The notes beneath the pieces are model-generated. The model searched no databases, was not told the DNA's origin, and saw only the letters and a program-made list of their open reading frames with translations. A stretch of DNA of 32,000 bases from Candidatus Saccharimonadota bacterium (lineage in GTDB: Bacteria; Patescibacteriota; Patescibacteriia; 2-12-FULL-60-25), in NCBI GenBank assembly GCA_022843095.1, contig JALHOH010000002.1:120001-152000 (forward strand). Direction: 5' to 3'. The translations under genes and the position numbers were made by a program. Shown in pieces: positions 16,015-25,158 of the stretch (position 1 is its first letter; each line of letters begins with the position of its first letter).

Positions 16015-17283
16015 ATGCTGGACCCAAAATATATCCGCGAACATGCGGAGGAGATCAAAACGAACGTGGCGCGTCGCGGGGTTGCGGTGGATGTGGATGC
16101 GTTTCTTGCGTTGGATGCGGACCGTTTGGCGATGCTCCAGGCCGTGGAAGCGCTACGTAAAGAGCGCAACCAGGTCGCCGAGCAGATGAAATCCGCGTCG
16201 GCGGAGGCGCGTCCGGCGTTGATTGAGCAGGGCAAGCAGCTCAAAGAAACGCTCGCCTCCAAAGAAGATGGGCTTGCGCTGCTCGAGGCAGAATGGCGTG
16301 CGCGTTTGCTCACGATCCCAAACCTGACGCATCCGGACGCGCCGGTCGGGAACACCGATGCGGACAACAAAGAGGTGGCGCAGGTCGGGACCATCCGGAA
16401 GCTCGCGTCGCCAAAATCTCATGTGGAATTGGCGGCAAAACATGATCTCATCGATTTTGAACGTGGGGCAAAAGTGGCGGGCGCGAAGTTTTATTTTTTG
16501 AAGGGCAAGCTTACGCTATTGGAGCAAGCGCTCATTAACTGGGCGTTGCAGGAATTGGTGAAGGAGGGGTATCAGCCCATCTCGACGCCGGATTTGGCAA
16601 AAGATGACGTGTTGGTGGGGACGGGATTTAACCCGCGCGGTCCGGAAACGCAGATTTATTCCATCGAGAACTCGGATCTTTCGCTCATCGGGACGGCAGA
16701 GATCACGCTTGGGGGCTTGCACAAGGATGAGGTGTTGGATGAAGCGCAATTGCCACTCAAGTACGCCGGGATTTCGCACTGCTATCGCACCGAAGCCGGG
16801 ACGTATGGCAAGGAATCCTACGGGCTGTATCGCGTCCACCAGTTTTCCAAGGTGGAGATGTTTGTGTATGCGGCGCCGTGGCAATCCAACGCCGTGCATG
16901 CGGAACTGCGTCGCATCGAGGAGATGTTGTTTACGAAGCTCGGCATTCCGTATCGCGTGGTCGATATTTGCACCGGAGATCTTGGCGGGCCGGCCTACCG
17001 CAAGTGGGATTTGGAAGCGTGGATGTGGGGGCGTGGCAACGGAAGCGGCGATTGGGGGGAAGTGACCAGCACGTCCAACTGCACTGACTATCAGGCGCGC
17101 CGATTGAACTGCAAGGTGCGTAAACAGGACGGTTCCATCGAATTTGTGCACACGTTGAATGGAACGGCGGTCTCGCTTGCCCGGTGTTTGATCGCTCTGC
17201 TCGAAAATCACCAGCAAGAAGACGGGAGCATCGCGGTGCCAGAATGTTTGCGTCCGTTTTGTGGGTTTGATCGCATTGGCTAA
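16015..17283 (+). CDS. serS: Serine--tRNA ligase
   Basis: MLDPKYIREHAEEIK..., a long N-terminal coiled-coil arm, then class II motifs: YAGISHCYRTEAG, FSKVEMF, TLNGTAVSLARCLIALLENHQ. Confidence 0.95.
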   Translation: MLDPKYIREHAEEIKTNVARRGVAVDVDAFLALDADRLAMLQAVEALRKERNQVAEQMKSASAEARPALIEQGKQLKETLASKEDGLALLEAEWRARLLTIPNLTHPDAPVGNTDADNKEVAQVGTIRKLASPKSHVELAAKHDLIDFERGAKVAGAKFYFLKGKLTLLEQALINWALQELVKEGYQPISTPDLAKDDVLVGTGFNPRGPETQIYSIENSDLSLIGTAEITLGGLHKDEVLDEAQLPLKYAGISHCYRTEAGTYGKESYGLYRVHQFSKVEMFVYAAPWQSNAVHAELRRIEEMLFTKLGIPYRVVDICTGDLGGPAYRKWDLEAWMWGRGNGSGDWGEVTSTSNCTDYQARRLNCKVRKQDGSIEFVHTLNGTAVSLARCLIALLENHQQEDGSIAVPECLRPFCGFDRIG

Positions 17284-17289
17284 CCCGGT

Positions 17290-18432
17290 ATGCCTCGCCA
17301 CAAGACCTGGGTGGAGGTCAGCAAACGCGCGCTCCTTGCAAATTACGAGGCGATGCGCGCGCTTGTCGCCCCGACACAGGTCATGGCGGTCGTGAAGGCA
17401 AACGCGTACGGCCATGGACTTGTAGAGGTCGCCTCAGCGCTGCAGGACGCGCAGGTGCCTTGGTTTGGCGTGGATTGGGCCGACGAAGCGCTGACGCTTC
17501 GGGCGAACGGGATTTCTGCCAAGATTCTGGTGCTTGGATACACCCCCGCCGAGCGGATGAAAGAATTGGTGGACGCGGAGATCTCGTTTGTCGTGTACAC
17601 GCAAGCCATGTTGGAAGCTGCGAGCGCCGCCGGGAACGCGGCGGGGAAGCGGGCACGCATCCATCTGAAAGTCGAAACCGGATTGCATCGCCAAGGGATT
17701 GGGCTTACGGAATTTGAGGCGTTTGTCGATCGAGCGTTGATGCTAACGCACGTCGAAATTGAGGGGATCTCCACGCACTACGCAAACATCGAAGATACGG
17801 AAGATGCATCGTATGCCACGCAACAACTTAAGGCGTTCCAGCGTGCCAACAGTATTTTACGACGCAAGACAGAAGGGCGCCCGCTGGTTGCTCATACGGC
17901 GTGCAGTGCCGCGGCGGCGCTCTTTCCTGAAACACGGTTTGATGTGGTGCGCGAGGGGATTATGTTGTACGGACTGTGGTCCAGCGAACGCACGGAACGC
18001 GCGGCAAAACGCGCACACCTGGATCTTGCTCTGGAACCTGTTTTAACGTGGAAAACGATTGTGGCACAGGTAAAACCCGTCAAAGCAGGTGAACCGGTGA
18101 GTTACGGCCTCACAGAACGGATGGTACGGGATGGATCCATCGCGGTGCTTCCCATCGGCTATGCGGACGGATTTGATCGCGTCGGGATGTCGGGGAAGGG
18201 GACGGTGCTGATTCGTGGACAGCGATGCAAGGTGATCGGACGTGTCTGTATGAATATGTGCATGGTCGACGTGTCACACGTGGAGGGGGCAGAAGAGGGG
18301 GACGAAGTGGTACTGCTTGGGACGCAAGGAAACAACCAAATTACGGCCGAAGAGCTGGCAGCACAGTGCGAAACCATCGCCTACGAAATCGTGGCGCGCA
18401 TCAATCCGTTGTTTCCGCGTACAATAATGTAA
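17290..18432 (+). CDS. alr: Alanine racemase
   Basis: The PLP-lysine motif AVVKANAYGHG is present, with later VREGIMLYGLWS and VSYG...IAVLPIGYADG. Length is typical. Confidence 0.9.
   Translation: MPRHKTWVEVSKRALLANYEAMRALVAPTQVMAVVKANAYGHGLVEVASALQDAQVPWFGVDWADEALTLRANGISAKILVLGYTPAERMKELVDAEISFVVYTQAMLEAASAAGNAAGKRARIHLKVETGLHRQGIGLTEFEAFVDRALMLTHVEIEGISTHYANIEDTEDASYATQQLKAFQRANSILRRKTEGRPLVAHTACSAAAALFPETRFDVVREGIMLYGLWSSERTERAAKRAHLDLALEPVLTWKTIVAQVKPVKAGEPVSYGLTERMVRDGSIAVLPIGYADGFDRVGMSGKGTVLIRGQRCKVIGRVCMNMCMVDVSHVEGAEEGDEVVLLGTQGNNQITAEELAAQCETIAYEIVARINPLFPRTIM
17848..17868 (+). repeat. 21-nt perfect direct repeat, copy 1 (inside alr)
   Basis: AACAGTATTTTACGACGCAAG is identical to 18435-18455 and contains the A-variant of the ATTTTGCGACGCAAG motif. 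Confidence 0.8.
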
Positions 18433-18434
18433 AG

Positions 18435-18455
18435 AACAGTATTTTACGACGCAAG
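18435..18455 (+). repeat. 21-nt perfect direct repeat, copy 2 (3 nt after the alr stop codon)
   Basis: AACAGTATTTTACGACGCAAG. It is followed by TCGT, which forms the hairpin ACGAC-GCAA-GTCGT (GNRA loop). Confidence 0.8.
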
Positions 18456-18536
18456 TCGTGGAAAAAAACCTCAAAAACAAAGAAGTAGAAAAAGTACCCG
18501 GCAATCGGAATCCCTGATAAACTAGGGGACAAGTCT

Positions 18537-19355
18537 ATGGCGGCACGGGAACATCCACGCGCAGTAAATTCCACCCCAAAACGAATCATCCTGGCGTTGT
18601 TTGGCGTCGGCGCGTTGATCGGTTGGTATTACGTGCTGATGATCAGTGACCTGTTTGCGGTGAAGGGGATAGAGGCGAGCGGACTCAAGACGCTGAGTCG
18701 TTATGACGTGGAAAGGGAAGTGCTGACCTACTTGGATACGCGAACGGGATGGCGGCCTTGGCACGCACGTCATCAGTGGTTCGTGGAAGGAGGGGCGTTA
18801 AAGGCGTTTCTTGAAGATCAGTTGTTTGTAGAACGCGTGGATATCGTATCCATCAAAAATATTTTACGACTCAACATCGTCGAGCGCGCAAGTAAGGTGA
18901 TCTTCTACTCACATAAACAGTATTACTGGGCCGATGCGCATGGCATCGTAACAGAGGAGATGCCTCTGGAAGAACGTAAGTTGGCGCAAGCGCGCATTCT
19001 TGGTCAGCGTCAGGCGCAATCCACGGATCCGCCGCTTATCCATCAAGACCTGGATGATTTGATTGATGTTGGATATCGCATCACCGACGCCAAAACCATG
19101 CGGCGTTGGATTGAAATCGTTTCTGATCTACAGCGTGCAGGTATTTTGTACCGCGAGTTTATACCGCCACGAGGAACCAGTACGAATGCCGGGTTTATTT
19201 CGCATGACGGTCATCGTGTCGTCTTTGATCTCACATCGCCACTGACACCACAGTTCGATACGTACGTGACCTGGCGTGAATCCAAGGAAGGTCGATCGAT
19301 TGAGGCGAAACAGGTCGATATACGCATCCCAGGCAAAATCTACCTCCAACCATAG
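18537..19355 (+). CDS. FtsQ/DivIB-like cell-division protein (TM anchor plus POTRA-like domain)
   Basis: N-terminal TM segment (IILALFGVGALIGWYYVLMI), then VKGIEASGLKTLSRYDVEREVLTYLD, which resembles a POTRA start. The gene neighbours alr in a cell-envelope context. Confidence 0.5.
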   Translation: MAAREHPRAVNSTPKRIILALFGVGALIGWYYVLMISDLFAVKGIEASGLKTLSRYDVEREVLTYLDTRTGWRPWHARHQWFVEGGALKAFLEDQLFVERVDIVSIKNILRLNIVERASKVIFYSHKQYYWADAHGIVTEEMPLEERKLAQARILGQRQAQSTDPPLIHQDLDDLIDVGYRITDAKTMRRWIEIVSDLQRAGILYREFIPPRGTSTNAGFISHDGHRVVFDLTSPLTPQFDTYVTWRESKEGRSIEAKQVDIRIPGKIYLQP

Positions 19356-19736
19356 GTATGCTGATACCTTGGTTTTGCTATAAACGATTTTAAAGCCTCG
19401 TCCAAAATCGGCGTTTAGGCGCTTCATGGAAGCGCACGGTCTCATTGGCATTCATCAGGAATAAAAGAGAAAGAAACAGTCATACGCAGCAACAACGCGT
19501 AATTGTAAAATCATGGTTACAAGAAGCGTAGAAGGAAAGAAAAGAAACGATTACTTACAGGTGAAACGTACGAAGAAGTGCGGAGGAGGTGAGAATACAC
19601 GCAAAGGGAAAGATGGGTTAATACAGGCTTATTTCCTTTTAAAAACCCCCTATGTGTCGTAGAAGATATATTGTGCGACACATAATGGAAAACCTCTTTT
19701 TCACCTTGGAGTGATCAAATCCACTTCCCTCCTCTC

Positions 19737-21536
19737 TTACGGAAGTTGAATCGTACCCGTTTTTCCATTCAGCGTAATCATCCCGTCCATTGGAATCTGA
19801 TCGAATCCGCGCACACCAAAGACAGCGGGAATGGTTCGCTCACGACATTGGATCGCGCCATGGCTTAACGCGCTTCCATAGCGCGCCACAATCCCTGCGA
19901 TCCTACCAAACGCGCTAAACCATTCTGGAGTAAACGCCTCGACCACCAGGATCATCCCCGGCTCTCTAGGTACTTCATGTGGAGACGCTGGCATCCAAAT
20001 ACGTCCAGACACGATTCCAGACGACACACCGACTCCATAGATCCCCTCCTCTTCCCTCTTTGGGGTGGCGAGCGGATCCGCAAGCGTTTCTTTCGTGATC
20101 GAATCCGGCGGAATACACGTGTCCGGAAAAGGATTCCTCCATCGCGTCCGCGTTTCGTGGAGACCGATCAACCAGGGTGAGAGCAACGCTTTGACATCCT
20201 CGCGCGCAATCGCAAGCCATTGCTGATACGACCCGTGCGTCGGTGTCTCTGGGGTAAAGCGTGGCGCGGGAAAGGCTTCCAGATCAAAAGACCCCATCCG
20301 TGATGGCAATACGCTATGTGAAAGCCAATGCGTCCGCCATGCCGCCACTTCCTCCTGCCACGGGGCTTGTGCATGCATCTGTCGTGTGGCCTGAGCAAGG
20401 AGCGCAATGGTGGCGTAGATGCGCAGAACGGCAGGAGAAATCCCCTCCAGTCGCTGTGCAAACGTCCCGGTCCCCTCGCTTGCGAGAGGCGTGTCATGAT
20501 ACAGCGTATACAACGCCTCCCGACACAGCGCAGAAAGACGTAACGCAAATCGCCACCCTCCAAAAATCCGTGCTGCAAAGCCAAACGGATCTTCCGTCTT
20601 GTCGATGTAGACCTGCCCAAATGCCGGCACCAAAAATTGTTCCGCACGCGTGGAATCAAAGGTCATTCCCAATTGCGTCGCTGCTTGTGCAAAAGCGCCC
20701 TCTGGACGATAGAGGTGCTGGAGAACACGAAACGCATCCGGTGAGCATCCATGCGGATACGTTTCTGCGTAAAGTGTGCGATCAAGCGCAATATCCTTCT
20801 TCGCTGCACCGTATCGCATGAGACGCGCCGTCTCGCGCTCAACGGGATTCTCCGCCGGGACCGGTGTGGTGATGGGTCGCGCTTGAAGCCACCAGATTTT
20901 TCTTCCATCAAACGTCCACTCAATATCCAGCGGCGTTTGGTAGACCGTTTCAAGGGTAAACGCGAGCGCGGCCAGTCGCCATCCGGTTTCTCGTGGAAGG
21001 CACGTTTCCTCGGGGACCAGCATCGTTCCATCTTCCCAGCACAACCACCGTTCTGGCGTCGCGGTGCCACCTACAATCCCTTCCGCCGTCCCTTCGTCCG
21101 CGTCGATCACCAAGAGACGACCGTAATCGCGTGTAGGATGACGGGTAAACGCAACGCCGGAGCAGATCCCATGAACGTAGCGCTGGACGATAAACGCCAT
21201 GCGATCCGTCGCAGGCGATGCCGAAATGAGTTCTCGGATCGTGTTTGGGATATCCTTTGCAGCAACGCGCAGCGCCGAACGATACATCCCGGCAAAGCTC
21301 TTGGTAGCACCGTCTTCGTTGGCTGCCGAGCTCCGAACCACGAATAAGCCATCTTCCAGGCGTTTTAGGGCTTGCGCGACCTTCGCGTCGAAGTCATGTT
21401 CCTGCCAGGCGTTTGGCGGTACGATAAACCCGTCAGGAACCGTAGCGCCCGCCTGGATCAGCCGCATTAAGCCATACGCCTTTCCGCCGTAATCCATTGA
21501 CGGTACGTCCGTTAGCAAAGGAAATGAGTTCATCAC
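19737..21536 (-). CDS. PEP-utilising enzyme family protein (PPDK_N ATP-grasp-like N-domain plus phosphohistidine swivel domain)
   Basis: The N-terminus YGGKAYGLMRLIQAGATVPDGFIVP ... FVVRSSAANEDG..SFAGMY matches the PEP/pyruvate-binding (PPDK_N) domain. The C-terminus GVGVSSGIVSGRIW...GMILVVEAFTPEW...IAGIVARYGSALSHGAIQCRERTIPAV matches the mobile His domain. No C-terminal TIM-barrel PEP-binding domain is present. Confidence 0.8.
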   Translation of the reverse strand: MMNSFPLLTDVPSMDYGGKAYGLMRLIQAGATVPDGFIVPPNAWQEHDFDAKVAQALKRLEDGLFVVRSSAANEDGATKSFAGMYRSALRVAAKDIPNTIRELISASPATDRMAFIVQRYVHGICSGVAFTRHPTRDYGRLLVIDADEGTAEGIVGGTATPERWLCWEDGTMLVPEETCLPRETGWRLAALAFTLETVYQTPLDIEWTFDGRKIWWLQARPITTPVPAENPVERETARLMRYGAAKKDIALDRTLYAETYPHGCSPDAFRVLQHLYRPEGAFAQAATQLGMTFDSTRAEQFLVPAFGQVYIDKTEDPFGFAARIFGGWRFALRLSALCREALYTLYHDTPLASEGTGTFAQRLEGISPAVLRIYATIALLAQATRQMHAQAPWQEEVAAWRTHWLSHSVLPSRMGSFDLEAFPAPRFTPETPTHGSYQQWLAIAREDVKALLSPWLIGLHETRTRWRNPFPDTCIPPDSITKETLADPLATPKREEEGIYGVGVSSGIVSGRIWMPASPHEVPREPGMILVVEAFTPEWFSAFGRIAGIVARYGSALSHGAIQCRERTIPAVFGVRGFDQIPMDGMITLNGKTGTIQLP

Positions 21537-22657
21537 CTTCTATGGTACGCGTTTTTTTCCTCCTCGTCTTGCTATGCATGCCGTTTCCCGCCCTGGCGAT
21601 CCCCTCGCCGGATTTTTTGGGTCCCGTGTTGGCCTGGGTTGCGGCCATGACGGGGATTGTGACTGCGGGAATTGGTGTGGCGTTTTCGGCGGCACGACGC
21701 GCCTTTGCATCATGGAAGATTTCGCGAGCAACGTGGATCTTGGGCGGAGTGAGCGTTGCGGCGTGTGCGTTCGTGCTGGTTTTGATCGCAGGGGCATTCC
21801 GATATCAATCGTTCATGGAGGCGTATCATCGATCTGTCGCGAGCATCTGGCCAACCAATCCTCCGGTTGTAACCACCTCAAGCACTATCCCTCTTCCCAA
21901 CCCATCGGCAACGATCGGGCCCATCTCTTCGCGTGTTTCTTCTACAAAATTGCTGGTACCCACCCAGATCTTGCGAGACGTCACAGCAGACCCCTCTTGG
22001 ACAGATCAGGTCACCGTTTTGGATATTCGCGAACCCGAAGAACGGCTGATCGGATACATCCCCGTCACGACCACGCGCATTCGCTATGGAGATCTTGTAC
22101 ACGGCGCAACGTCCACCCTTCCATTGGATCGCGACATTTTGGTGATCTGCTGGACCAGTATGCGTGGCTCCGAGATTGCGACCTGGCTTAGAACGCATGG
22201 CTATTCCCGTGCCTTTGCCATTGAAGGCGGTCTTCAAGGAGATGAGTCTCACGAAATCACGGGATGGATTGATGCGGGACTGCCCTGGCAGGGAGATGAT
22301 CGCTGGTCGGCGCGGTTTGTGAATTTTGAGTACCTCACGCGTGCCGAGGCAGAACAACTGCAAGATTCGGGCGCGATTATTCTGGATCTTCGTGAAGAGA
22401 CGTCATTTGCCAAAGGACATCTGCGTGGCGCGGTGAGTCTGCCGATCCGGGAGCAATCTACGCAAGAAATTGAGACAACGATCGCGACGCTTACGCCCAA
22501 AAAACCGCTGCTTGTGTATTGCAGCGGGTGGGTAGACTGTTTTTATGGCCGCGTGATTGGCGAACGTTTAAAAGCGCGCGGCTGGGACTACCGTGTTCCC
22601 TATCGCGACAGGCCGGATGGAACGTGGATGCAGACGCGTCCCATGGAATCCTCTTAG
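21524..22657 (+). CDS. Membrane-anchored tandem rhodanese-domain protein
   Basis: A signal/TM region (MVRVFFLLVLLCMPFPALA plus two further TM segments) precedes two rhodanese-like modules: VLDIREPEERLIGYIP...ILVICWTSMRGSEIATWLRTHGY and IILDLREETSFAKGHLRGAVSLP...LLVYCSGWVDCFYG. The start is ambiguous among 21497, 21524 and 21542. Confidence 0.75.
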   Translation: MSSSPSMVRVFFLLVLLCMPFPALAIPSPDFLGPVLAWVAAMTGIVTAGIGVAFSAARRAFASWKISRATWILGGVSVAACAFVLVLIAGAFRYQSFMEAYHRSVASIWPTNPPVVTTSSTIPLPNPSATIGPISSRVSSTKLLVPTQILRDVTADPSWTDQVTVLDIREPEERLIGYIPVTTTRIRYGDLVHGATSTLPLDRDILVICWTSMRGSEIATWLRTHGYSRAFAIEGGLQGDESHEITGWIDAGLPWQGDDRWSARFVNFEYLTRAEAEQLQDSGAIILDLREETSFAKGHLRGAVSLPIREQSTQEIETTIATLTPKKPLLVYCSGWVDCFYGRVIGERLKARGWDYRVPYRDRPDGTWMQTRPMESS

Positions 22658-23226
22658 TAACGCGGGACGTCGTGGCACCCTCGGCATCGCGCTTCGTAAA
22701 ACTCATCCCCGCCCACCAGGATGATCGGCGCGTCATAAGGCGCAGGCTGCATTCGGATCAGACGCTGCGTCCGCGTCGCTGCCGCCCCGCATTTGACGCA
22801 CACGGCCGAAAGCTTGCTGACATGGTCTGCCACGGCCAAAAGTTGTGCCATGACGGGAAATGGTTCACCACGAAAATCCGTGTCCAGACCCGCCACGATC
22901 ACCTGCTTTCCGCCATGCACGAGCGCCTGGACAACATCCACGATGGCCGGATCAAAAAACTGCGCTTCCTCGATCCCCACCACCCGGTGGGTTTCTTGCA
23001 CATGCTGCAAAATTTCCCCGCTATCCTTTACGGTGATGGCATCGATTTCCCGTCCATCTTTGGATTGCACCTTCATGGGAGGTGTCCGCGTGTCGATCAT
23101 GGAATTAAAAACGACCACGGGGAGCCGCGCGATCGTGGCGCGACGCAACCGACGGATAAGCTCTTCGCTTTTGCCGGAAGACATGCATCCGGCGATGACG
23201 TCCAAAGATCCTGCAGGCGTTGGCAT
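22654..23226 (-). CDS. tdk: Thymidine kinase
   Basis: SLDVIAGCMSSGKSEELIRRLRR (P-loop), GIEEAQFF, then the C-terminal zinc motif CVKCG...CRGCH. ATG 23226 is preferred over the track TTG at 23238. Confidence 0.92.
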   Translation of the reverse strand: MPTPAGSLDVIAGCMSSGKSEELIRRLRRATIARLPVVVFNSMIDTRTPPMKVQSKDGREIDAITVKDSGEILQHVQETHRVVGIEEAQFFDPAIVDVVQALVHGGKQVIVAGLDTDFRGEPFPVMAQLLAVADHVSKLSAVCVKCGAAATRTQRLIRMQPAPYDAPIILVGGDEFYEARCRGCHDVPRY

Positions 23227-23342
23227 ACGATTAATCAAGATGGCTGTTCAGCCAGGGAAACAACGCAATAGTGACGACGACGGCGCCGATAATGAACCCG
23301 ACAGACGTCATCGAAAGAAGTAGGTCGATCAATCGGTCGACA

Positions 23343-23966
23343 TTAATTGCCAGCATAGGTAACGGGAGGTGTTGGTTCCATGACATGAATATCCCACCAT
23401 GCTTTTACGCTACTTGCCAGGTCGCGCGCCGTAAAGAACACGATGCGCTGATAGGCCTGGCGATCCGCCGGAACGCCCTGCACCCGATCCATAAAATGCC
23501 CACAAAGGTAGAGTGCGCGGCCAAGATGGAATCGCTGTGTCACAACCAACGCTTCCCCGATCGAAAATTCTTGTTTAGCACGCTTGCAGCTTTCGTAGGT
23601 GCGATAGCCGTGTCCATCTACCAAGATGTCTTCTGCCGGGACACCGGACTCTTCCGCCAGTTTTTTCATGGCCGCCACTTCGTTCGTGTGAAACTTCCCA
23701 TCATCGCCGGTCATGAGCAGTTTTTTCGCCTTCCCCAGCTTGTAAAGCTCAACTCCGGTGGCAACACGATCCACAAGCGCGTCGGAGGCCGTACCATCGG
23801 TTTTGACGCTTGCGCCAAGCACGATGGCGATCGGAAACGCGTCCGCTTCCGCCGGCTTCGCGCGGATGGCGTCGGCATAGATCCATTGGACCTGAAACAC
23901 CATCCCGGCGAGACCAACGCCAACGAGGAGCACGAGGAGCGTGAGGGTGCGAATCAATCGGCGCAT
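23343..23966 (-). CDS. SanA-like / DUF218 (ElyC-YdcF superfamily) membrane-anchored protein
   Basis: N-terminal TM segment, then AIVLGASVKTDGTASDALVDRVATGVELYKLGKAKKLLMTGDDG...NEVAAMKKLAEESGVPAEDILVDGHGYRTYES...VVTQRFHLGRALY, which is typical SanA. Confidence 0.8.
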   Translation of the reverse strand: MRRLIRTLTLLVLLVGVGLAGMVFQVQWIYADAIRAKPAEADAFPIAIVLGASVKTDGTASDALVDRVATGVELYKLGKAKKLLMTGDDGKFHTNEVAAMKKLAEESGVPAEDILVDGHGYRTYESCKRAKQEFSIGEALVVTQRFHLGRALYLCGHFMDRVQGVPADRQAYQRIVFFTARDLASSVKAWWDIHVMEPTPPVTYAGN

Positions 23967-23969
23967 AGG

Positions 23970-25013
23970 CTATTCATCCCCTTCCGGCTTATCCACGAGG
24001 CTTGGTTGGTAGGCATTCCCCTGCCCGGTGATGCGCAAAAAATCCTTGTCGATCAGGGCGTAATCCTTGGTGGCCAAGTTGTACTGATTCACGACCGTTC
24101 CCAGATGCTTGCCAACGCTATCAAAGTGCTGTTGATACTGGGCAAGATGACGCTGGAGGTCCCCAATGCGTTTTTGCAGCTGCTGCGTCTGCTCTTCGAT
24201 CTGCAACGCTTTCAATCCCTGCAACACCGTCTGAAGATATGCCGCAAACGACGTTGGGGAGACGACCATGACATGATACTTGGACGCCGCGACCTGCAAG
24301 ATACTCTCGGTATCCCCGGTTGCCGCCCCGATTTTGTTGATCAACAAATCGTAGTACAGCGCTTCATGCGGGATAAACATGAACGCAAACTCCAATGTCC
24401 CCTCCTCTGGACGGATGTATTTGGACGTTTCCTTGATGCGTTCTTTTAGGTCGTTGATAAACGCTTTTTCATACCGCGCGCGCTCTTCGGGCTTTTCTTC
24501 TTGTACCAGCCGGTTGTAATTTTCCAGGCTGAATTTTGAGTCCACGGGGATGATCTTGTCCTTCACAAAGACAACGGCGTCGACGATGTTGCCATCCCGA
24601 AACTTGTATTGCATTTGATACTGTTCCGGGGAGAACACGTTCCGCAAAAGCGTTTCTAGATAGTATTCCCCCAAAATGCCGCGTTGCTTTGGATTGGTCA
24701 GGATACGCTGAAGATTCTCGAGCTGACCCGAGTAGGACAAAATTTGTTTACTGGTCTCCTCTAGCCGAACGATGCGTTCCGAGACATCCCGAACGGTACT
24801 GCTTAGCTGGAAGCTGGACGTTTGCTGGTGCCGGACGGATTCCTGAGACGTTTGGCGTAGTTCGCTGGCCAGCGCTTCGACGCGTTGCTGAATCAAGACC
24901 AGCGCCTGCGGGTCAATTTGGGGAGGAGGCGTAGTTTGGCGGCTTTTCCACACCAAGACTGCCACCAGCAAAAAGCCCAAAATAACGACGATTAAGAGGA
25001 CGGGATCAGACAT
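23970..25013 (-). CDS. rmuC: DNA recombination protein RmuC
   Basis: N-terminal TM segment, a long coiled coil, then the RmuC core FRDGNIVDAVVF...IIPVDSKFSLENY...FAFMFIPHEALYYDLL...KYHVMVVSPTSFAAYLQTV. Confidence 0.85.
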   Translation of the reverse strand: MSDPVLLIVVILGFLLVAVLVWKSRQTTPPPQIDPQALVLIQQRVEALASELRQTSQESVRHQQTSSFQLSSTVRDVSERIVRLEETSKQILSYSGQLENLQRILTNPKQRGILGEYYLETLLRNVFSPEQYQMQYKFRDGNIVDAVVFVKDKIIPVDSKFSLENYNRLVQEEKPEERARYEKAFINDLKERIKETSKYIRPEEGTLEFAFMFIPHEALYYDLLINKIGAATGDTESILQVAASKYHVMVVSPTSFAAYLQTVLQGLKALQIEEQTQQLQKRIGDLQRHLAQYQQHFDSVGKHLGTVVNQYNLATKDYALIDKDFLRITGQGNAYQPSLVDKPEGDE

Positions 25014-25158
25014 AGAAAAGGCTTCCGTAGCGTATCAAGGACGGCTGGGCTTGCACAGGCGCGGAAACCTCGGTAGGTTGCGCCTTGCCGTGGATTTATC
25101 CACATTTCCGCGACACGCCCAGACATGGTATTGTCGCGAACAATAATTCTCCCTACGT

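Noticed and set aside
22519-24449. Plus-strand ORFs 22519-23271, 22793-23323 and 23271-24449 overlapping tdk, the SanA-like gene and rmuC.
   Set aside because: They lie antisense to three confidently recognised minus-strand genes and have no motifs of their own.
25091-25104. A perfect DnaA box TTATCCACA (25096-25104) lies within the palindrome GTGGATTTATCCAC, with a TTTTCCACA variant at about 24947. This raised the possibility of oriC.
   Set aside because: There is only one perfect box plus one variant, which sits inside rmuC coding sequence. There is no cluster of boxes, no AT-rich unwinding element and no dnaA/dnaN neighbourhood. A single 9-mer match is within chance expectation for 64 kb of two-strand sequence. 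It may be a regulator site for the divergent rmuC and acidic-protein promoters.
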